A DNA stretch of 32,000 nt from positions 4,382 through 36,381 of the forward strand of contig JAVYME010000006.1 of the NCBI GenBank assembly GCA_038736825.1. Reading direction: 5' to 3'. The stretch comes from Candidatus Iainarchaeum sp. GTDB taxonomy: Archaea; Iainarchaeota; Iainarchaeia; Iainarchaeales; DTGL01. The notes beneath the pieces were generated by a model. That model was not told the origin of the DNA. It ran no database searches and saw only the letters and a list, made by a program, of their open reading frames with translations. The translations under genes and the position numbers were made by a program. Shown piece by piece: positions 25,147 to 32,000 of the stretch; position 1 is the stretch's first letter, and each line of letters starts with the position of its first letter.

Positions 25147-26775
25147 ATGCCTATTGTGAAGAAATTAAAGTTTTTGTTTTTGACTGCAATTTTTTTGGCT
25201 TTTTTGCCAACAGTTTTTGGGGACTGCCTGGTTTTAGACCAGCAAGTGAAAAGCGGAGATAAAATCAAAACTGATTGCTTAAAGCTCACTGGTGCAAACA
25301 CAGAGCTTTTCAAAAATGACAGCGAGCTTTATTGCATTGGCTCGTCAGTTTATTTTGCCACAACCGTCCTCAACCCAGCAACCGGCAATATAGTTCAAGC
25401 ATACAATTGCCAGTGCGAAGACAAGCAAGTCCACCACCCTTGGTTTGTGAGGTCTGAAATATCAATGCCGGTTTTTTCAAAGAAAAAAGTTTGCCCTGGA
25501 GAAAAAATCACTGTTTCCGTAGCGCCTTTTACAATCCAGTGCATTGATGGCGCGCTATCCTCTTTTTCGCCGGCTTTCCTTGTAGGCTACGAATTTGAGG
25601 GAAAGCCCCAAATTATTGGACATAACTGCAATCATCTTTCCTCTAATGGTTGCAATTTAGTACCCCATTCACAGGGCGGGCAATCCATCACAATAACAAT
25701 TCCGCAAAACCTTTCAAGCGAGAAAAAAATCAGGCTCTTCACTGCAATGCAGGCAAAATACGATTACCAGATAACGGCAAACTCTATGTCTTTGCCGATA
25801 GTCCACTGGCAAACAATAGAACTGGAATCAGACAACTATTTTGATTTTGCAACAGACAAGTTAACATATTGCAGGGATGACGCTGTACTGGTTACAGGCG
25901 AATCTGTTTGCTGTGGCTCTGTTGGTTCCACTGTTGAGATTGTATTGAAAGACAGTTCTGGGAAAAAAGTGAAAACTGTTTCAGTCCAAATAAAGGCAGA
26001 CAACAGTTTTTCAGCCACAATTCCCTTGAACAATAACCCGGCAGGCCAATACATTGTGAGCGCAAAAAGCACTGAGGGGGGCTGTTCTGCTGAAAGGCCC
26101 ATAAATGTCATTGAATATTCCTCTTCCATTCTTTCCAATAACTTTTCCTTTGCCCCCAATTCGCCTGTAACAATTTCAGGTTCAACAGAGTGTTGTGCCA
26201 AACCATCGCAAAAAGCTAACATCAAACTTTTAGACACAACCAAAAATGTTATATCCAGTGAAAGCGCTGTCATAAAAAACAATGGTTCTTTTGAAGCCAC
26301 AATGCTTGTGCCGGGAAAAGCCGGTGAATACTTTGTTGTCGTCGATTTCCCTAATCCAGTGCCAGAATGCACTGGAAAAAGCTTAAAAGTGAGCGTCTAT
26401 GACCCCTACATTATAACCTCGGTTGAGGCGGAAAACAGAGAGGAAGGCCAAAAGGCAAGAGTGAGGGTTTCCTGCAACAAGGAAATGCCTGTTTTATTGA
26501 AATTGTTCTCTGAACCGGTTGGCAAAAGCGAAGAATTGCTGGCAGAACAAAACTATCAATGCAATACCGGCTTTGTAGAGATTGGGCCAGAGCTTTCATC
26601 CGGAATATACCGCGTTGTTGCAATTTCAAAGATTGCCACTTGTGAAAAGTGCGAGGGCATAAAGCGCTTTGTTGTTTCAAAAGGAGTTGTTTTAGATGTG
26701 CCTGATTTCAGTCTTTTCCTTTTAGGGTTAATTCCGCTGAGCATTCTTTTTTTGACAAAAAAAAGGGAAAAATAA
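25147..26775 (+). CDS. Secreted, C-terminally anchored protein with two tandem Ig-like repeats each opening with a CC pair
   Basis: 542 aa. Signal peptide is LKFLFLTAIFLAFLPTVFG. The repeats are VTGESVCCGSVGSTVEIVLKDSSGKKV...NNPAGQYIVSAKSTEGGCS and ISGSTECCAKPSQKANIKLLDTTKNV...GKAGEYFVVVDFPNPVPECT. The C-terminal TM plus basic tail is LFLLGLIPLSILFLTKKREK. Confidence 0.8.
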   Translation: MPIVKKLKFLFLTAIFLAFLPTVFGDCLVLDQQVKSGDKIKTDCLKLTGANTELFKNDSELYCIGSSVYFATTVLNPATGNIVQAYNCQCEDKQVHHPWFVRSEISMPVFSKKKVCPGEKITVSVAPFTIQCIDGALSSFSPAFLVGYEFEGKPQIIGHNCNHLSSNGCNLVPHSQGGQSITITIPQNLSSEKKIRLFTAMQAKYDYQITANSMSLPIVHWQTIELESDNYFDFATDKLTYCRDDAVLVTGESVCCGSVGSTVEIVLKDSSGKKVKTVSVQIKADNSFSATIPLNNNPAGQYIVSAKSTEGGCSAERPINVIEYSSSILSNNFSFAPNSPVTISGSTECCAKPSQKANIKLLDTTKNVISSESAVIKNNGSFEATMLVPGKAGEYFVVVDFPNPVPECTGKSLKVSVYDPYIITSVEAENREEGQKARVRVSCNKEMPVLLKLFSEPVGKSEELLAEQNYQCNTGFVEIGPELSSGIYRVVAISKIATCEKCEGIKRFVVSKGVVLDVPDFSLFLLGLIPLSILFLTKKREK

Positions 26776-28700
26776 TGCTGCCAAAAAGAGTTTTTTTAGC
26801 CTTAATAGTGCTATTTGCTTTTTTTCCCCTGCCTGCTTGTGCTTGGAAAGAAGAGTTTTTTGCAGAAGGCCAGCTTTCAGCATCGCTTGACCGAAATTTT
26901 GCTCTTGCCGGCGAAACATTGACAGCAAACCTTTTGATTGAAAACCTTTCAGGAGTGCCACTCTCTGAAGCATACCTGGTTGCCCAGCTTGTTCTTGAAA
27001 AAACCGCTTTAGGGCAGCCAAGGGAAAACATTGTATTGGAAACCATGAGCAAAAAATATTTTTTGAATGCAGGCGAGTCAAAGCCGGTTGAAATGAAGAT
27101 TGCAATCCCAAAAAAAGCCAGTTCTGGCAGTTACAGGATTGACTTTTACCTTAAGACTCCGCGCTCCTTTATTGTCGGCATTCCCTTTATTTTCTTGAAC
27201 CCTCACTCTGAAAGGCTTGAGGTCAAGAACAATGCGGTTTCCAGTGATGTCTTGATTGACAGAGAAAAAACCATTTTGTGCGGTGCACTGCCTGAAAAAA
27301 ACTACGAGTATGGCTGTTATCCCGGGCCTGTTGGCGTTGTCGGCAAGGCTGGGGAAAAAAACACGCTCAATCTTGCAATAAAAAACAATGGCTCCTTTTC
27401 TCAGCAGGTTTCACTCAAAATAAGCTTTTACAGGTATGATGACACTGTTGAAGAAATGCTTTTGGCTGAAAAAACAGTCCAGGCAAAAACAGTCATTGGA
27501 GCAGGAGAAACAATTGAACACCCTGTTGAATTTTTTTATCCAGAAAAAGCGGGCGCTTATGCTTTGAGGCTCGAGGTTTTTGACAGCGAGGGCGAACTCC
27601 TTTCACTTTACAGGAGCAGAATAAATGTTTACGGTGTAAGCGCCAGAGTTATCGCGGTTTTCCCGCAAAAAAAGTTTTTCAAGGCAGGGGAAAGAGTGCT
27701 TGTAGAGGTAAAAATAATTTCCCCCTCGGATTCCAAGACTTCGGACACAAATTGCACGGTAAGGCTTTCAGCAAAAAAAGGACAGAGAGAAATCCATTCC
27801 GAGTCAAAAAAAGTCTCCCTTTTGCAGGATTTGCCGCTTCAAAGCGTTTTTTTTGAGTTTACTGCCCCAGAAGACTTGTTTGAATTTGAAATTTCAGCTG
27901 AAATCCTTGATTCCTCTGGAAACGAAGTTGACAAAACAACGCAAAAAATTGATTACAAAGATTTTTCACAAAAAATCGGTTCTTTTGACTTGAACATTTT
28001 AGACTCTGCCGGAGAAACCCCTTCAATGATATTGGTTGGCGACACCATAAAACTCTCAGCAAATGCAGTTGACGAAGCAGGCTTTGATGCAAATGCAAAA
28101 ATTGAATGCTTTGTGTTTTTTGGCGCTCAAAAGGCCGGCCCAATAGTGTTTGAAAAGAAAACGGAGTTAACGGAAAGGCTTTCATCAGGAGACTATTTAT
28201 TGCAATGCCAGGCAGGCAAAAAAAAGATGGAAATCCCTTTTTTTGTCAGTTCTGTGCAAAAAATAGTGGCAAAATTTGCAGACAACTGTGAATTCAAAGA
28301 GGAAAAGCAAAAATTCACAGCAGGACAAGAAATCTGCGTAAAGGCAATCGTTTTGAATGAAAGCGGGGAAACACTTTCAACTCCAACAACAATGAGCATA
28401 AAGGGAAAAGATTCCACGGTTGGCCCAATTGAATTCAGTGCTGAAACAAAGGTTTCAAACCTGCCTGAAGGAAAATATATTTTCAAATTCGAATCAGGCG
28501 GGCTTGTTGAAACCTATGCAGTCAACTTTGAAGCAGTGACTGAACCAGAACGCTTGGTATTGCCTGAGAGGTCTATTCAAACCAAAGCAGCGCACACACC
28601 GCTTTCATTTTACCTTATGCTTGTTGTAACAAGCATTGCAGTCTTTCTTTTCTTAGTGGGCCTTTTAAGGATTTACAGGAAAAGGCGTGCTGGAAAATAG
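26775..28700 (+). CDS. Secreted, C-terminally anchored protein built of repeated CARDB-like / Ig-like beta-sandwich units
   Basis: 641 aa. The start overlaps the upstream stop (TAATG). Signal peptide is VFLALIVLFAFFPLPACA. Units include LTANLLIENLSGVPL and LNLAIKNNGSFSQQVSL. The C-terminal anchor is LMLVVTSIAVFLFLVGLLRIYRKRRAGK. Confidence 0.8.
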   Translation: MLPKRVFLALIVLFAFFPLPACAWKEEFFAEGQLSASLDRNFALAGETLTANLLIENLSGVPLSEAYLVAQLVLEKTALGQPRENIVLETMSKKYFLNAGESKPVEMKIAIPKKASSGSYRIDFYLKTPRSFIVGIPFIFLNPHSERLEVKNNAVSSDVLIDREKTILCGALPEKNYEYGCYPGPVGVVGKAGEKNTLNLAIKNNGSFSQQVSLKISFYRYDDTVEEMLLAEKTVQAKTVIGAGETIEHPVEFFYPEKAGAYALRLEVFDSEGELLSLYRSRINVYGVSARVIAVFPQKKFFKAGERVLVEVKIISPSDSKTSDTNCTVRLSAKKGQREIHSESKKVSLLQDLPLQSVFFEFTAPEDLFEFEISAEILDSSGNEVDKTTQKIDYKDFSQKIGSFDLNILDSAGETPSMILVGDTIKLSANAVDEAGFDANAKIECFVFFGAQKAGPIVFEKKTELTERLSSGDYLLQCQAGKKKMEIPFFVSSVQKIVAKFADNCEFKEEKQKFTAGQEICVKAIVLNESGETLSTPTTMSIKGKDSTVGPIEFSAETKVSNLPEGKYIFKFESGGLVETYAVNFEAVTEPERLVLPERSIQTKAAHTPLSFYLMLVVTSIAVFLFLVGLLRIYRKRRAGK

Positions 28701-28868
28701 CAATTGAAGCCTTTTTTAAAAAAACAGACCGCGGGTATTTTAAGGATTGAATGCGGGAAATCGCAATTCCGCCCACGCAAGAGAATGAAAACTGTTTTTT
28801 CCTAAAAAGCGTTTGAAAAAAGATTATGAATAAATGCTTTTGCACTCCAAAGGTTAAGGGCAAAAGCA

Positions 28869-31280
28869 ATGAGTTGGATGCAAAAAAGCATTTTTTTTTT
28901 ATTCCTTGTTTTTTTAGTTCCAGTTTTTGCTGAAACCCTGTGTTATTTTAAGGGTCCTGATGTTTCTGGTGATTTTGTTCGTTTGACTAATTTTTTGGTT
29001 GAGGGTTCTTCTGGTTTGAAGGAGGGTGATTTGATTACTGTGAAGTTTGATTTGCAGAATTATGGGCAAAACCAGCTGGTTTTTGGTTCTCGTGGGGTTT
29101 TTGCTTTTGCAATTAGTCCAGATAATTCTGATGCTTCTTTTGGTTTTTCTTTTGCGAATACTGTTTGGAAGCCTGGTGAAACGCGTTCTTTTTCTGCTTC
29201 CAAGGTTTTGGGCAAGGCTGGAGTGTGGAAGGTTTGGCCTTCTTATGAGGTTTTGGTTGGTAAAACCACAGTGTTGGGTCCAGAGCAATGGCATTATTGT
29301 AGTTTGAAGGTGGCGAGTGCTGCAAAGGCTGATTTGGACCAGGATGGGGTTCCAGATGAAAGCGATAATTGTCCTAAAACTTTTAATCCCAATCAAGAAA
29401 ACGGTGATGGTGATTCTTTTGGGGATGCTTGTGATGATTCTGATAATGATGGGGTAATGGATAACAAGGATAATTGCATTTTCATTTCAAACCAAGACCA
29501 AAAGGATTCAGACCAAGATGGCATTGGTGATGCTTGTGATTCTTGTGATGACAGGGATTTTGATGGAGATGGCATAAAAAACTGTTTAGACGAATGCCCA
29601 ACCGAAAAAGAAAACCTTAACAATTTCCAGGATTCAGATGGCTGTCCAGACAAACAACCGGAAACTCAAACAATCAACACTCCAACCCCAACACCATTCA
29701 TCACACAAAAGCCAACAACACCCACAATAAAACCTTCACCAACCCCAACAATTGCCAAAACACCCACTCCAAAACCTTTAATTGAACCGCAAAAAAGGCA
29801 AATTTCTCTTTCCACAACAGAAGGAAAAACCATAACAATAAGCGAGCCCAAGGCACCAAGCATTGCAGAAGGCCCAATAATGCAGGGAGCCTTTAATGAT
29901 GATGACGGTGATGGCGTAATAAACCTTTTGGATGATTGCCCAGGCACTCCGGCAGGAAGACGGGTTTTTGAAAACGGCTGCCAGTGCAAGGACACGGATG
30001 GCGGAATTAAACAATTTGAAAAAGGAACAGTTTCCATAAAAAACAGGAGAGATGAAGTAGACGGTTGCTTTCTCGGCGTGAATAAATTAATGGAAAACTA
30101 TTGCGATCCAGAAAGCGAAGCAGCAGGAACAATTCCTTTCAAAATAATTGACTGCAATTATGGATGTGAAGACGGCGCTTGCAAAAGGCCTTCAAGCCTT
30201 GCTTTTCCCTTAACCTGTTCCACTGGCACTGCAACCTGCTTTGACGGAATCCAAAACCAGGATGAAACAGGAATTGATTGCGGCGGCAAATGCCCTCCAT
30301 GCAATTCGCGGTGCTTGACGCCAACAAAATATGCTCCAAATGACACTCCTTGCACTAAACACTTTGTTGGAGGAGGCCGTGCAATAGTTGATGGAAGGAC
30401 TTATCCGCACATGCATTTCTATGATTATGATTTCATTTCAGATGAAAACCAGAGTGACCAGCACAGAATAGAGCTTGGATGGACTGAGGGCGGCGGTGAA
30501 TGCAATTGCCAGTTTTACGAGGTTTGCGATGAAAACCTTGACAGCATAATAAGGGAGGCAGTGGAATGCTGTAGTGCCACAAGCTGGGATCAAGTGGACA
30601 CACTAATAGAGCCAAACCTTTGCAGGGAAGCCTTGCAACAAGGCGGTTCAAATTGCAAAAAATGCATTGGATTGTATTTAATCAAAGGGCTTGGACCGTA
30701 TGCGAGATGGATGCGAGGCTATTTCCGCAATCGTTCAATGGAATACTTTGTGTGCGGCGCTTGGGCTTCAGCTTCACCTTCTGAGCGGCTGATCAACTTT
30801 CACAAAACCGGTATTTGCAGGGATTATTCTGCAGCAGTCACAACCCTTTTAAGAAAGGCTGGTTACACTCAAAGGGAGATCGCAAACTATTGCGATGGAG
30901 CGCACTGCTATAATTTGGTGAAATTTCCTGGAGACTCAAAATGGCATGTTGTTGACACAACAAACAACAATATTGGAGTGGTTTTAGGCGGTCTTCCAGG
31001 CGGTTACCCTTACTGTTTTGCATTGAATGAGGCAAATTATTGCTTTAACAACATTAAAACCTATAATGTGGATGATTATTGGAGTGCAAGGGATCGTGGC
31101 GCGCCTTTTGCTTTTGCAACTTGCATTATTCCCGGCTTTGCTGGAAGATATTCTGGCTATGATTTCAATTTCAATCGCTCTTATTTCCCTGAATGCGGTT
31201 TAGGGGTTGCTTGTGCGCGTGACAATTTCAGGTTGCCGGATTTTGCGCCAAGCATTTCCCAGATTGTGGGGTGCAGTTAA
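28869..31280 (+). CDS. Secreted protein with thrombospondin type-3 (Ca-binding) repeats, PT linker, Cys-rich region and a C-terminal transglutaminase-like core
   Basis: 803 aa. Signal peptide is IFFLFLVFLVPVFA. TSP3-type repeats are DQDGVPDESDNCPKTFNPNQENGDGDSFGDACD and DSDQDGIGDACDSCDDRDFDGDGIKNCLDECP (about 29331-29660). The transglutaminase-fold motifs are GICRDYS (Cys codon 30816-30818), GAHCYNLV (His 30903-30905) and HVVDTT (Asp 30954-30956). Confidence 0.85.
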   Translation: MSWMQKSIFFLFLVFLVPVFAETLCYFKGPDVSGDFVRLTNFLVEGSSGLKEGDLITVKFDLQNYGQNQLVFGSRGVFAFAISPDNSDASFGFSFANTVWKPGETRSFSASKVLGKAGVWKVWPSYEVLVGKTTVLGPEQWHYCSLKVASAAKADLDQDGVPDESDNCPKTFNPNQENGDGDSFGDACDDSDNDGVMDNKDNCIFISNQDQKDSDQDGIGDACDSCDDRDFDGDGIKNCLDECPTEKENLNNFQDSDGCPDKQPETQTINTPTPTPFITQKPTTPTIKPSPTPTIAKTPTPKPLIEPQKRQISLSTTEGKTITISEPKAPSIAEGPIMQGAFNDDDGDGVINLLDDCPGTPAGRRVFENGCQCKDTDGGIKQFEKGTVSIKNRRDEVDGCFLGVNKLMENYCDPESEAAGTIPFKIIDCNYGCEDGACKRPSSLAFPLTCSTGTATCFDGIQNQDETGIDCGGKCPPCNSRCLTPTKYAPNDTPCTKHFVGGGRAIVDGRTYPHMHFYDYDFISDENQSDQHRIELGWTEGGGECNCQFYEVCDENLDSIIREAVECCSATSWDQVDTLIEPNLCREALQQGGSNCKKCIGLYLIKGLGPYARWMRGYFRNRSMEYFVCGAWASASPSERLINFHKTGICRDYSAAVTTLLRKAGYTQREIANYCDGAHCYNLVKFPGDSKWHVVDTTNNNIGVVLGGLPGGYPYCFALNEANYCFNNIKTYNVDDYWSARDRGAPFAFATCIIPGFAGRYSGYDFNFNRSYFPECGLGVACARDNFRLPDFAPSISQIVGCS

Positions 31281-32000
31281 ATGAAAAAAACACTTTTGGT
31301 GTTAGCAGCACTATTGTTTTTTCCTTGTTGTTTTGCAATTGTTTTGCCTTCTCAACCCTTTGAAGGCATTTCCATTAACCGGATTGCGCCAGAACAAGCA
31401 ATTGTGGGGCAAAAGGCTTGGATTGGTTTTTCAATTGAAAACCTTTCAAGCCAGGAAAAAACAATTGAATTGACAGAAAAACTGGGAAACGCGAATTTTG
31501 ACGAAAGCCAAGCCAAATTCATTGAAACAGAGTATGGGGAAAAATTTTGGCATTATTATTGGAAGATAAGGCTTTCCCCGAAAGAAACCACTTCTGTTTT
31601 TTACTGGATTGAACCAAAAAACCCGGGCACTTATGTTTTAACCCCTGCAGAAGTCAAAGTCGGCGGAGAACTGTTTTTTTTGAAAAGCCATTCAATTGCA
31701 GTGAAATGCCTTTCTGACGGAAAATGCTCTCCAGAGCAGGGCGAAAACCAGTTCAATTGCTTTGAAGACTGCAATTCTGGCATCCAAAACCAGTATTGTG
31801 ATTTTGAAACCGATGGCATCTGCGATCCTGACTGCATTGAGGGCGCAGACCCGGATTGCATGCAAACCGAAACAAAAACAGTCAAAACATCAGAACAGCA
31901 AACTCAAAGCCCAGTTCCTTCACCAATGCAATCCCAACAGGAAAACAGCCTTGTTTACTGGATTTCATTGATTGCATTGCTTGCACTGGCAGGCATCATT
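31281..32000 (+). CDS. Secreted beta-sandwich protein with a Cys-rich module and the beginning of a C-terminal TM anchor; 3' end runs off the right edge of the window
   Basis: Absent from the ORF track (no stop in the window). The ATG immediately follows the upstream TAA. Hand translation gives 240 open codons: MKKTLLVLAALLFFPCCFA...FSIENLSSQEKTIEL...CNSGIQNQYCDFETDGICDPDC...LVYWISLIALLALAGII. Confidence 0.75.
   Translation, partial: MKKTLLVLAALLFFPCCFAIVLPSQPFEGISINRIAPEQAIVGQKAWIGFSIENLSSQEKTIELTEKLGNANFDESQAKFIETEYGEKFWHYYWKIRLSPKETTSVFYWIEPKNPGTYVLTPAEVKVGGELFFLKSHSIAVKCLSDGKCSPEQGENQFNCFEDCNSGIQNQYCDFETDGICDPDCIEGADPDCMQTETKTVKTSEQQTQSPVPSPMQSQQENSLVYWISLIALLALAGII

Noticed and set aside
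6400-30037. Long antisense ORFs inside confident genes (6400-6897 minus, 18679-19197 minus, 24047-24535 plus, 25836-26372 minus, 26708-27111 minus, 28914-29396 minus, 29666-30037 minus)
   Set aside because: Each overlaps a sense-strand ORF that has a signal peptide, TM helices or domain motifs. The antisense products are low-complexity and lack recognisable features.
4595-32000. C-terminal TM-plus-basic-tail ends of the surface proteins as an archaeosortase (PGF-CTERM-type) sorting signal
   Set aside because: No shared PGF, PEF or VPXXXP-type tripeptide precedes the helices (NPLLATII, VPDFSLFLL, TPLSFYLML, NSLVYWISL). They are treated as plain tail anchors.

Overview
The window reads as an AT-rich archaeal chromosome segment. 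The lineage guess (DPANN-like, small-celled, symbiotic) is inference only, from the rRNA operon layout, promoter style and gene content. No CRISPR array, reverse transcriptase, recombinase, transposase or recognisable defence system is visible.

Layout, left to right:
- (1) 1-6868: secreted and anchored proteins. These are an S8 subtilisin-like protease that is open-ended at the left edge and absent from the ORF track, a membrane coiled-coil protein, a hyper-cysteine-rich PT-linker/PKD protein, and a small anchored protein.
- (2) 6976-13070, minus strand: a complete rRNA operon, promoter - 16S - tRNA-Ala(UGC) - 23S, with no linked 5S. The 16S carries a 749-nt intron with a frameshifted LAGLIDADG homing endonuclease gene inside the GGATTAGATACCC site. 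Long inverted-repeat processing stems flank both rRNAs.
- (3) 13260-14840: a RelE/RHH toxin-antitoxin pair and two basic hypothetical proteins.
- (4) 14966-21312: a DUF2892 membrane protein and a 4-TM protein. There are also two paralogous Cys-rich type I membrane proteins (about 491 aa and 1297 aa) that share an ectodomain Cys module and a SHOCT-like cytoplasmic tail. The smaller one is broken by a frameshift at an A8/T8 tract.
- (5) 21362-24786: housekeeping and membrane genes. These are a UbiA-family prenyltransferase, a Yip1-like protein, an unlisted 43-aa eL41-like ORF, a small wHTH protein and a DUF6159-like protein.
- (6) 25147-32000: a co-directional four-gene cluster of signal-peptide proteins. 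It includes an 803-aa protein with thrombospondin type-3 repeats and an apparently intact transglutaminase-fold Cys-His-Asp core.

The best candidates for something undescribed are the four-gene surface cluster and the Cys-rich SHOCT-tailed receptor-like paralogues. Both are inference from motifs read by eye and need structure and synteny searches.
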